DNA of 64,000 bases from Dipteris shenzhenensis (Eukaryota). A model generated the notes under the pieces. It made no database searches. It was not told the DNA's origin and was given only the letters and a program-made list of their open reading frames with translations. The stretch lies in the NCBI GenBank assembly GCA_047967505.1, contig CM106538.1; one strand, given 5' to 3'. The translations under genes and the position numbers were made by a program. Of this stretch, positions 51,501 through 64,000 are shown one piece after another (the stretch's first letter is position 1; each line of letters opens with the position of its first letter).

Positions 51501-53403
51501 TATATTAATTATTTATATAAAAGGGATTCAATTATTTACATTAATTTTTTCCTTGGTTACTTTAAAATGACATTGATTATGGTAGTCGGAACAGCTTTCC
51601 TTTGCAAGCACCTTACAATAAGTAAGTCGTGTATGATGGATAAACAATTATGATTTATGCTAGGATCCATTATGGGAATGGGATTTTTACATAGAAGTAC
51701 GTGAATGAACTCACTTAGAATAAGATGAGGGAATGGAGAGTGTGAGATACAAGTTGACGCGGTTTGGAGGAATGGAGTGCCTAAATTTGAGTGATGACAT
51801 AGCAAAAGGCTGCAAGAGGGACAAGAGGTAGGAGGATAATTAAAGATTGCAAGTTCAAAATTTTAAGGCTTGAATCTCTTATCAAGGTTTCGATGAAAGT
51901 ACTCATTAGGAAAGAAAAATCGCAAGTGTTCATAGTCACACATTTCTTACAATTTATAGCAAGTCAATTATCTATACCTAGATGCATTTTCCTGGAAATT
52001 CAATTGCATGCCATTGCTATAAGCCCTTTAAGGGTGGTGCATTTAATGGTTACATATAACCATGTCTATAGATACTCATACTACATTACTAATTGAACTT
52101 ATAGGAGTAAAAGTATTAGCATTACAAAAGCACATAGAGTAGGGGAGGATGAAATCAGGTTGGTATGTGTGTGCACACGCACGCATGCATGCACACGTGC
52201 ACGCGTGTGCGTGCACATGTGTGTGTGTGTGTGTGTTGTGCCACTTTGGATGTGATTACCACTCTTTTATCTAATTGTATGTGTGTGCCTGTTGCCACTT
52301 TGGATGTGATTACCACTCTTTTATCTAATTGTATGTGCCTATTGTGTTTGACTATCTTGTCACAAACACTTATGTTGATTGCTTTTTTTAAATGTGAGCT
52401 TGCATAAGGTTGCATGGTTCTTTTCTAATCTTTGCTTGCTTATTGATGACATTTGTCACTTGATCATCATTGGATTGAGTTGATTTTCCACGTGTATCAC
52501 AATAAAGGATTTTTTAATGCATTTGGATGCTTTTAAACATAGGAATTGTTTTTTGCCAATGACTTCTAGTGAGTTGAGGTTTTGATCTAATGAATGCTCA
52601 AAGTCGTATTGGTAGAATAGATCAACATATGCTACATCACATGGAAGTCCACATAGTGATGAACAAGTGATCAACATATGCAACATCACTATTAAGTCAT
52701 TTTGTAATAACACGATAGTGTGTTGATGTCATAGTGATGTAGCATATGTTGATGTGTTTAATGATGTATGCCTCTATCTGATGATGTGTGCACGTGTTTC
52801 ATGATATTATAATTGACATGCTCTACTAGTGATATGGCCTACCATGTGGCAATGCTAACATGGCTAGGCATCTAAAATTGGTGGATGGAATGCAATACAA
52901 TGACAACGGCTTGATGGCATGGCATGGTGGACTCAGCATATGCGATAGACCTGATAGATTGGGAGGCAAGATTTGCTAATGTGGTGCACAATGGGTTGCT
53001 GCACGATAGTTGCTAGAACAACAGAGGGCATGTAAATGTCTTTGCAAGGTAGAGTAGAGCAATAAATCGGTGTCATAGATGCATGATGTGCATAGCAAGA
53101 AACAATAGTGAGTGTGCAATAGTTGCGACAACAAATGGTAGGGGAGTAAGAGACAGCAGCGGAGGTTGCATGGTGTGGTGTCTTTTAGCAAGGCGCAAGA
53201 ATAGTTAATTGACAAATTGGACTATTGATGCAAACAACTATAGATGTGTAGATTGATGTGGTATGCTATGTAGGGTGTAATGTAGAGTTGTCAGGCACAT
53301 GGCATAGAGGGGGACACATGGCTATTGGCCACAATTATGTGGCAATTTTTTGCCAACGATCCTATGGGAGGCCAACAATAGCCTGGAGCTCATTGTAGCC
53401 CTC

Positions 53404-53434
<31 letters not shown>

Positions 53435-53449
53435 CCCAACTTACGGCTA

Positions 53450-54310
53450 GCAAATAAAATTTGTCGATAGAATCCTGAGATTTCGAAGATCATCTAAGAT
53501 GGAAAACATGGCCAGTTTGATAAGAAGGGAGTTTGCCTTAAAGAACAATCTACAAGTGTTAGTTATGGGAAGAATAGAGCTATGGGATGGTGATCAAGAG
53601 TGGAGAGGGGGAACCCATCTTAACTACAGCAAATAATTTAGTTGGATAGGCAGTACACACTTCCTTTCTATACCTACACCCTCTTTGTCTATAGATGAGC
53701 TTTTTAGAGAGCTATATAGTAGGTGGAACCTACATGACAATAGGAAAAAGGAAATGTAGGTTTGAAAAAAATTGGTCTAGGAAAATCCTAGAGCAATTTT
53801 GCACCCTCTTGTGGCTCATTCTACACATGGTAGTCTAGACCCATGCAAGAAGCCTCCAAATAGGCAAAGGCGATGGACTTTGTGCAGAAGATGCAACAGC
53901 AAAGAAGACATCTTTCATCTTTCTATGGTATGAAGAGCAGTTTGGAAATGTATCCAATAAATTGGAAGTCAATCCTTTTGCTAGATGCATGCAAAATCAA
54001 ACAGGAATATTGGACAATAATTAGAGAAAATGCCTTGTGGTGTATATGGATAGCTAGAAATAATGTGTCGTTTAACCAAGTGCATACTAATCTAGAAATG
54101 GCTTTTGTATCTTGGTGAAGAGAAACTCAATAGTGTAGTAACCATCTTTAACAACTATGTGGACAAGTTGCAGGATGAGATGGATGAATTTTCTAGAGAT
54201 GGACCAAGAATCACTGTACCCCCTCCCTTTATTTCTCTAGAGAGAGAAACAGGCTCTGCTACTCCAGTGAATGGGAATAAGAAGGCATCCTCTCTCTACA
54301 GATGGACAAA
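53450..54310 (+). mobile_element. LINE 3' fragment (zf-RVT and C-terminus)
   Basis: LWLILH, CRRC...EDIFHLF, ALWCIWIARNNVSF. Confidence 0.72.
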
Positions 54311-55947
54311 ATACTGAAGTGAAGGAAGAACCTCTTTGAGTCCATTCTCTTATATGCTCTCAGCCTATGACCTCTCATGTTATCTAATACCCTTATCTCC
54401 GTTCTGCGTGATATCAAATGTTTGAACAATTTTTGTACTCTGTGTGGAAAAATGGAAACTACTTGTAATATCTTATGAATAATATACAACCACTTCTTTT
54501 GCTTTAAAAAAATCAAAATCCTCACACAAGGAGACTCAAATGTCATTTGAGAAAGTATCAATTGATGTTGTAATGTATCAATCCCAAGGATCAACATCCA
54601 CAATTTCTCGATTCCATGCATCGAATATTCTTTCTCATCAGTTGGCTGGTAGCTCAAACAATAAGAAGTTGAATAACTCGAGAAAGTTTATTTATTTCTC
54701 ACACATATTTGGAGTGTACTTGAGTTTAGTGATGAAGTAGGGAGAGACAATGCTGAAATTGGTTTCATAATAAAGGAAGAGCCACATGATTCTAATGTAG
54801 AATCATGAGAGTATTTCCTCCAAGTTCAAATCTCCACATCGCCACTTTCATTGCATGCAAAATCCTTTTCTTCTCCTTTGCACTCTTGCTTACAAGAGCA
54901 TTTATAGAGACAACTGCATTTTTGTTACCTATCAATTCCTTTCCATTTGTCAAAGACAACACCCTCACAACACCTCACAAGGAATCAAGATGGGTGTGCT
55001 TGACATTACAATGCTTACAAGATGGTGAAGCTTTAAGGAATGAATATCTGATCAAAGAAGGGCACTAAAAAGGTCTCTCACACATATGTTAAGGAGGATG
55101 CATCACTATCCTTAATACCAAGTTCTCTATACCAAAGATACTAATGCGATCCATTTCAAATTCAAGGCATACTTCAAAGATGAATGAGGGTTTGTTTAGC
55201 ACAAGTAATATTATAAAGGAAATAGTGTTGTCTATGTATGAGGAAATCCCATAGGTCTTGAAAAATATAAGGCATTTGAAATAGAGTAACCACTTGCAAG
55301 TAAGGTTGCAATAAAGGCACGGTTGTAGTGAGCCACCTGGATGACTACAATTCAACTCATTGCTTGAGCTGTAGATAATGTATTGATGGTGGGAAATGAC
55401 AAGCACTCCACATAACATTATTGCATTATGGGGACGTAATTCTACGGACCTAGCAAGTTTGAATCGTTGGTGCATTGATATCCAATCTTTTCCCTCCTCC
55501 CTCTAGCTCATGGCAGTCTCAGTCTCATGGTAGTTTCCTCTCCTACCTTTGGTTGTTTCTTTCAAATTCTCGAGTATATGTTCATATGCTCTTAGTCTTA
55601 CACTCATGGTGGTAAGTTCATCTCCTACATTGTGTTGTTTATTTCAATGACTATTGATAGTATTCCTTCTAACACTCTTAGTCTCCCCCTACATTGCTAG
55701 TCTTCATTGGGTAAAGAGTGCAACACCATAGTGGTTATGATTTCCTTGCTCACCTAGTGACAACGTTGGAGATTGTAGTGCGCTTGGATGATATTAACCT
55801 TTGGCTCTATCACCTGTCTCTTATTCTTTCCATATTCTACCACCTACACCAACATGTCATCATTACTTAACTCCATTGATTGGTTCTTGGTGGAGGTCAT
55901 CAAAATGGCACGTTGCTACTTTCGGGTCCTAGTATTTCTTGACCATT

Positions 55948-56107
<160 letters not shown>

Positions 56108-56159
56108 CTAACGTATATCTTGTGAATTCTTTTGAAATAGGAAAACCAAATGACTCCTT

Positions 56160-57800
56160 GTGACCAATTTGACCCTCATGTAAGCATAATGGTCAAGTAA
56201 GTTACTGAATGCCATTTCTTGCTATCGTGCTCTTGAGATGTGTTTCAATAGATTTGGAGAAAAAATTCATTGCCCCTAGCAACAAAGTACACCCTAACAC
56301 TAGCTCAAGTTGTATTTTGATGGATTTAATTCAAATTGGAGAAACAAGGCATTGCTTCTTGTAACCAAGCAGACCTTTGGATTGATATGAGAGTCAAATC
56401 GACTGCTCAATGCCCATGCTTACTATGGATGTTTGAAGGTGTATTAATTGATTCATTTGGGTGTGAGCACTGCATCCATTTTTCTCACCCTCAAGTCAAT
56501 GAACATATCAACTGAGTACCAGCCAAGCTTTGATACTCCACAGCTCATGTGCCCCCAATCCAACCGGGATGTCACCACCTCAAGTAGCTCCATTTTTTGA
56601 GTTAACACAAGTGATACCATGAAGGCGATTGTCTATCTACCAATTGATGGCCCCCTTGACTTTGTAGTGCTAGAAATCCTCTCCTTTTTTGAGGTAGGCA
56701 CATCCCATAGCTAGATACAATAGGTATGGATGGAATTCACCAGTGAAGCTTCAAAAGTCATCAGTGTCCTACAACATTGTGCCAACATTTGGATCCCCCC
56801 CAAATCATATGCTTCAATGACATCAGATCTAAGTAGAGCGACTATAATCTTGAGCTCAACCTCAAACCTATCTCACCAAGGAGATGGCCAGCCTTTTCTC
56901 AAAATATTAAATCCTCTAAGGACAACACTCTACTTTTGTGATGCCCATCAATAGTAACAACTCAAATATCAAAGGTTGCAAAATATTGTGGATGCTGCAA
57001 GGTAGACAACAAGCAAACCAAACAACTTAAAAGATGAGGCCACAACATGACCATCAGTGCTTGATACAACTACTTTAGCTCAAGACTAGGACTTTTTTGG
57101 AGCATAAGTCAACAGGATGCAAATGAAGTGGCTCAATATTGTAACTTGGTTAAGCAAACCCCTCCACATCCTTGATGAGCACCCTAGGAGGCTACTATTC
57201 TTCAATGATCTAGAAGATCAAGATGCTGTAATATTGCAAGGCCCAAGATCAAGTTAGGTAGGTTGTAAAAACTCTATCTCAGACATATTTTGCACCTCAC
57301 CCCAACTCAAGCTCCACTAGCATGACAAAGGGACCAATAGAACTTATGTAGTGCCAAAGGAGTCCACCCCCACATGAGCATCTCAAACACATATGATCTC
57401 AAGCTTGAGTAATAAAAATCCCCATGGCTCAAGCAATTCAATAGCCTAAGAAGCCCATGTAAACCAAGAAGGTCATGGAGGCTTAACACCTTTTGCGATG
57501 TGTATGGCTACTTGGAGGCTTAGTTCCATAACAAAAAATGCTTTGAAATCTTAAGGGTTATCCCTAAGAAGGAGAGCATCCATGTCAAGCATGTGCAATT
57601 AGTTGCTATGCCCACCATAAAGACTACCACCTTGATAGAGGTATAGATGATCCTTAATGAGGACATCCCTCTCATCTATATCCCTATTGAATCAGTATCT
57701 ATGAGAAATAGGTGCATGCTTTCACCATCACTAGAAATCCATTGTTCCAAACAAGAACATGCTTTCAACATTCACTAGAAATCCATTGCAACATCAATCT
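56160..57800 (+). mobile_element. Possible highly degraded Gypsy pol relic
   Basis: Only scattered motif remnants (KLYFDG at ~56308); no long ORF. Confidence 0.3.
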
Positions 57801-57831
57801 TTATGACAAACATGCACATGATTTCAAATAC

Positions 57832-59560
57832 TATAATGGAAAACTATGGATAGGGTCCTTAGGTTGAGTCTAATGGACACGTGTCATGTTGGATGGACTA
57901 GTCATGTAGGCATTTGCATTGAATTAAGTCTTGCATGAAGGGATTGAATAGTGCCTTTTGTTAAGGAGCTACTTAACTTGACTCTCCTTGGTTTTGTTGC
58001 AATCTTCTCAAGTGAGTGTCATTAATTTTCAGCATTATTGAACGTTGAGATCTTTGAATATTATCTTCTTCTATATCAGGATGGCACAATGATGTAGTCA
58101 TGTTGTTGTAAAAAACTCTTATAAGATGTAGTCAATTTACTTGCATCAATTTTGTTTTAAGATTATTGTAGCTTCTAGTTCTTGTTCTTTGAGTGCGGTT
58201 TCTTTATTTCATGATTATCTTACTGCGCATGATTAGTTTATGGCTACAAACCTTCAAGGGTATCAGAGTAGAGCCTAAAATGGAGTCTTTGTTAGAGTTG
58301 GCCACCAAGTTGGTGATGGAATCTTTGTTAGAGTCGGCCACCAAGTTGGTGATATTGTTAGTGGCTCTCAAGCGTCTAGCTATATGTTATGAAGAAGGGA
58401 CTATTTTTTGTTGTTTTTGGTTTAGAGAAGAAACATTCTAGGGATATTGTGCAAGACACACTTGATAAAATGGCACAATAGGAGAGTTGAAATGAGAAGG
58501 CTCTCAAAATCCTAGGAAGAGTTCTTAGAGGCAAGTTTGGCCATCATCTAAACTTAACTAGACGTGCATGCAAAAACTGGATCATAGTAGAAATGTTGTT
58601 TTGTTCCGCACCCAAGAATTCAAAGGTTCTCTTGGAGAAAGAATGCTTTAGTTTAAAGATGTTAAAGGATATGAATTTGGGAGAGCATCTCAACCATGTG
58701 CGGGCAATACTTTAACAACTTCTAGATTTGGGTGTATGACTTGAAGCTAATGACACTAAAGCTACTTTGTTGTCTAGCCTTACACTAGCTTATGATGATA
58801 TGGTAAAGATCTTATGCGTGAATGGCAACATGAGACTTGTAAGAATGATCTCCACTCTTCTTGACAATGAGAAACCCCATTTACACACCAGTTCCTATGA
58901 TTATCAGATGAGCTTACATTTCCAAGGTACCAACTAGCAATGGGAAGTCTCTAAAGAAAAATAACTAGAGCAAGTATACCTATGGGTAGTGCGGCAAGAA
59001 AGGCCACAAGGAAGGATTATGTTGCAAGAAAAGACATGATATTAAAAAGAAGAACAATATGTAGTTCATTTGGTCACTGCTGATAAGTGTAGTGGAAGGT
59101 GAAACTTTTGCATTTAAAAATGTGCATCAACTCAATACAGTACAATGAATAATTTTCCAATTGTCTTTTGTAAGACAAACATACCATGTAACCTAGAGTA
59201 TAATGAATAATCTAATAGTTGTATTTTGTGAGGCCAAAAATACCCTGTAAAGTTGGGCAGTTTATTTCCATCAGTCATAGTTTTTATGGTGTTGCATGTT
59301 TTGGTCACCTATTCGAATTTGGTTAGGTGTGATTGTTTTGGATAGAAAAAGTTTAATGTTCTTACATAGATATTTTTGTACTTGCTCGGCTCTTTTGTTA
59401 GCATTGACTTTTGTACAATTCTTTGGTCCGTGAGCTTTTGTAAATGCAAAATTTTTGAGACACTTGATCTTCCCTCCTATCCTCACTTTGAGGCAGACGC
59501 TGGAATGGGAAAACTATGGATATAATCCTTAGCTTGAGTCTAATTGACATATGTCAAGTT
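57832..59560 (+). mobile_element. Old gag-only Copia relic with LTR remnants
   Basis: ggaaaactatggata..ccttag.ttgagtctaat.gaca..tgtca occurs at ~57838 and ~59508. PBS-like GGTATCAGAG at ~58259. Gag remnants include CGKKGH (~58990). Confidence 0.62.
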
Positions 59561-62203
59561 GCTTGTCTATACTGATCATAGCAAATTTTGAACGTAGTGA
59601 TTGGCATGGAATTAAGTCATAATGAACATAATGAAAAAAGTCCTCCTTCAATTAGCAAAAGGAAAAAATATATCATAAAAGCAATTGACAACTATAGTCA
59701 AAGAGCATATAAAAGTTCACAAATATTACAAGATCCAAAGATGGATTATGAAAAACAATAGAGATAAAAGAGGGATGTTACTAGAATTGTGTACCACCAA
59801 CAACATGAACCAATAAATGGTGTTGATGGCATTTTCATGACTATGAACACATACAACAAAAAAGACATTGTGTGGATAGAATTCCCGAAAGAACATAGGA
59901 ATGCAAACAAGACACAACAACATGATGCATTTGAAGAAAATATACATAAAACTTGAACACCAATATTTTGTAGTAGTAAAAAAAAAGTTCAAGTAGGACA
60001 AACTTAAGCATTTTAACATGTCTATAATTCTTAATTCAACCTATTGTTGTAAAAACAATACATAGAGCATGAGGACAGACTATGGAAAATTTAGCATTTG
60101 TATACACACACATGAACTTGCATATACAACTTTATCACATGTAAGGAAAATAGAAAGATATACTTACTTGATCCATTCAAACATGAATAGTCCACAATTG
60201 AAAAAGAAGTACAAAAAGAAATTGAAAGGTTAACAAAAAGTCCCTAATGGATAACTTTAAGAGAAATAAAAAATTGCATGTTTACTAATAAAATACTATT
60301 ACAATATTTAAATATGATATCATTAAAAAACAATCAACAATGCACCACTAGTCTTATGCAGAATGTCATATATTGGTGAGATTAGTCGATGGATCATATA
60401 TACACATGATCATCTGCAGCATCATAACATTGCATCAAATTATATCCACACAAATTTCAATACACTAACCTATATTAAAAGGTAGGGCCTTAATGGATTA
60501 TCCACCTTGTTAGACTTGGAACATTATCCTGAGTTGACATGGCACTTCAAATTAAAAGCTAGACTAAAAAATTTATCAGGGCATGGAGAACTTTTTGGAT
60601 GTTTGACTAAAATTTGGCTTAAACATAATTGTACACTTTGCAAGACTACCACACCCCTTCAGATTTGAAACTTCATGAAAAGTATTCTCCACACATGGGC
60701 AAGTTTTGGAGGGTTCCACATGTGAAAATGATGAATTGAAGCTCTGTGCATTTTTTTTTGTGTGACTAACTGTGACTCACCTTATAAAAGTTGGACCTAT
60801 TTGAGAGTGACTAACTTATAGAATAGGACTTGACTCTAACACCACATGATTTTGAATGGTGTACATGCCATGATGCAAGAAATATAACATTGTAGGCTTG
60901 AGCCAAAGTGGCATCCTAGTTACCAATCCATGGAGAATATTATTGCATAGCTATTCACACCTTGGCTTGTTGTGCTGATCCATCATATCTTTTGATTTCC
61001 TTGATTGCAATTGATGGACTTTCATTGCATGAAACAATCATCTTGGTACACAATTATGTGGCTTTCAATAGGCTAAGAAGCAAGCCCTAGAGTTAGCAAC
61101 AAGAATGATGCCTCCCTTTTACATGTTGTGGTCCCTCGCCCTATAGGTTCTTGTGGCTCTATGCAATTTTTGTAGCTAGGTTCTTGTCCATCTCCTATGG
61201 GGGTTTAGGATTTGTAGTAAGGTGTTTTTGTGGTTTCAATTCACCATTAAGTCTTTGTTCATCATTCTTACTAGTATATTGTTGTGAAACTAGCCATTTT
61301 GTATGGTTGTTGCAATTCACCATTGAGTCTTTGTATATTATTCTTACTAGTAGATTCTTATGAAACTAGCCATTTTGTATGGCTAGGTTTTGTGCCTATA
61401 CTTTCAAGATGAAGTCATGCCGTTGATTTGGAAAGAGTAAGGTTTTAAGGCACCTCACTATCCTTTGATAATTCAGCATAAGAGATACATTCATAGCATA
61501 GTGGAGACTTGCCTTGCCCATATGTGTATGTTCTTGTGCTACTCCTCCTTGGAACCTTTGCAAGTCTTCTCTACCTTGTTGAGTTCTAGGTACTCTCTTT
61601 ACTTTAGCATGTTATGGTCGTGGTGTGTGTATTGCAAGTTAGAGATGAGGGATCCAAACATGACAATATCCTTGATAATAACCTTGGGCTTATGGCAAGT
61701 CCTTTGGAAACTGGCAAGGATGAACTTTCTTTGTGGTTGTGGTATGCTTGGTGATATTGTAGGTTGGAGATGAGAGATCCAAATATGACTATTTCCTTAA
61801 TAATACCCTTGGGATTGTAGCAAGTCCTTTGGAACCAAACAATGATGAACTTTCTTCATTGTGGGCATCTTCTATTATCTTATGTGATGATGTTTGTGAG
61901 TCTTGCATGATAGTGGCTTTTGTTACTAAGGTCTAGTCAAAATCCATCCTAGTGATTTTGGTTGATCTTTCCATACTTGTGTTGAAGTAGGTCCGTTCAA
62001 ATCCATTATATATTTTTGGAGTTAGTGGGTTTGATGCTTAGGGATAGGTGTTGATGGTTTGAGGCTTAAAGATAGGTGTTTGGTGGGTTTGAGGCTTAGA
62101 GATAGGTGTTGATGATGAGGCCTCACTCTTAATGGAAGGGGGTTCAATGCTCTATAGGTCCTTTTCCTTCTTCACCTCTCTATAGAAGAAGATTAATGCA
62201 TGT

Positions 62204-62630
62204 CTACATTGGAGAACCATTGACATTCTCCAGTTGATCCAACATATATAATAGTTGATAGTGTTTTCCAAGGATTACCAATTCTGTCACTATTCCTATA
62301 GGCATGACAAAGGACTTGCACACCATATTGGGCATATAGATACTAATATAACCCAATGCTTCTATGGATTGACCATTAACTACACACAATTTAGATGAGG
62401 TTTTGTTGAAGGGTACGTATGAAAGATTTGACCATATTTCTTGCAAGATGAGACTATGATTTGCACTTGTGTTAATCATTGACCTCGTTGACATATTATG
62501 GCTCTATACTTGCAAATTAATAAATATCCTAGCAGGTTCAACTATGAGTTCTTCATTATCCCCCAACTCAGTGGGAGTTCCCATGTTTATGGTAATGAGG
62601 TCTTTGCCACGTATGCATTGGCTTCTTCCA
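62204..62630 (-). pseudogene. Degraded retroelement aspartic-protease remnant
   Basis: SMINTSANHSLI resembles lIDtGAs.sli; also VVNGQSIEALG and VILGKH. Confidence 0.45.
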
Positions 62631-62635
62631 TGGCT

Positions 62636-63955
62636 TAGTGAGGGGATTACACTTGGTACACAATCATATAGGGAAAAATAGAAGGGAAGCTAAATTGGAT
62701 AGAGTATATCTATCACAAGACCTTATTAACCAAATAGTTAAAATTGGAGGCCAAAATTTTTATTCTCTTTGCTTATCTGATTACAAGTCTAGGGGTTTTA
62801 AAGTAGACACTAGTCTGATTCAATGCAAAATTGTTCAGACTCAGATTTCATCCATCTAGAAGCAAAAAAGAGCTTAGCCTCAAAAGCCTGGGATAGGGTT
62901 GTGACACAATCTTAGAGAGTACTAAAAACGACAAGGAAAAGCAAAGACAAAATTAGGGCTAAGAACAACTACTAAATGCCAAAAGAGTTTTAAGAACTCA
63001 AGAGAAAGTAAGACTAAATGAGAGTAAGGTTTACTTCAAAAAATAGTGGACAAGAAAAATGGATAGACCTACAAAAGACACCTTTAAACTTATCAAAAGA
63101 AAGAGAGCAAATGAGGAAATACCTATTCTTAAGAAAAAGGATGGAACAATAGCAATAGAATTTGAGGACAATAAACATACTCTATATGAGCATTGAGAGT
63201 TGCTCTCTACACCCATTGTACTTGATGAGTTTGTATAGAGGGCAAGGAAGATATGCCAAGAAGTTAGGCAAAATACTACACAAAACTTTGACTAGAGACC
63301 CCCTTAGAAGGATTGTGGATGTAATGGATGAGAGTAAGACCGCTAGTGAGGATGGACTCCCCATTGAGTTCTACAAATTTTTTTGGGAGCTCATAGGGCC
63401 TTATCTAATGCTTTAGAATAAGAATGTGGCAAATCAATAGTTGCCACCTCACATTAATGAGGCATTATCAAGCTGATACCCAAGGAGGGAAACAAGGAAG
63501 AAATAAAAAATGAGAGACCTTTAACCATGCTAAACTATAGTTATAAAATTTTGGCAAAGGCTCTAGCCCTTAGAATCAAGAAGGGAATGTATAGATGGAT
63601 ACTGAAAGAGCAGAAAGGCTTTATGAAAAAGAGGCACCTTCTTGAAGCTATAATAAATATATGGGAAGGATGTGAGTATGCAAGAGAATCCAAACATGAC
63701 ATATTTTACCTTAAAGTGGATTTTGACAAAGCCTATGATAGACGAGTGGAATTTTCTTATACAGTCTCTTTAGGACGTGGGCCTAGGACTTATTCTTGTT
63801 TCTCATATGCAACTTCTCTTAATAGTGCTTCAAGTAAGGTCTTTGTCCTTTAGCCCCCCTACTATATGCAATTGGTGATGATGGTCTTGGCTAGCTACTT
63901 TGTAAGAAAATTGAAGAGGGCACAACCAAAGGCATAGAACTCCCAAATGGGCATT
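62636..63955 (+). mobile_element. 5'-truncated copy of the same LINE family as 1-4200, in opposite orientation
   Basis: Reverse complement of ~900-2320 at high identity (REAKLDRVY, LNYSYKILAKALALRIK, KVDFDKAYD). Confidence 0.92.
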
Positions 63956-64000
63956 GTTGGGGTAAAGGGTAGTGTGCCCACCCACTTGTACAATGCCCAT

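Overview
Eukaryotic land-plant nuclear DNA, most likely a large-genome fern (inferred from the TE content and a phytochrome fragment that looks neochrome-like). It holds one intact host gene, a 4-exon chloroplast RNA-binding protein (cpRNP, 2 RRMs) at 43510-44682 (-). The centre (11463-32018) is a nest of LTR retrotransposons. The outer element is a non-chromovirus (Tat/Athila-like) Ty3/Gypsy with ~991-bp LTRs and a tRNA-His PBS. Copia-1 sits in its 3' LTR and Copia-2 in its gag. Two observations stand out. (1) The Gypsy pol RNase H has lost its catalytic residues, while a stand-alone archaeal-type RNase H (aRH) ORF lies upstream of gag in a cluster of small overlapping accessory ORFs, near a tRNA-His-like Pol III box. 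(2) Copia-2 has apparently identical LTRs but is internally inverted and deleted, and it carries a captured phytochrome/neochrome N-terminal fragment next to an array of ~20 ABRE-like TGACGTGGC motifs. The rest is degraded L1-type LINEs (two with internal inversions), DUF247 and sugar-transporter pseudogene remnants, old LTR relics, tandem repeats and microsatellites. All homology calls come from motif recognition by eye; no searches were run.
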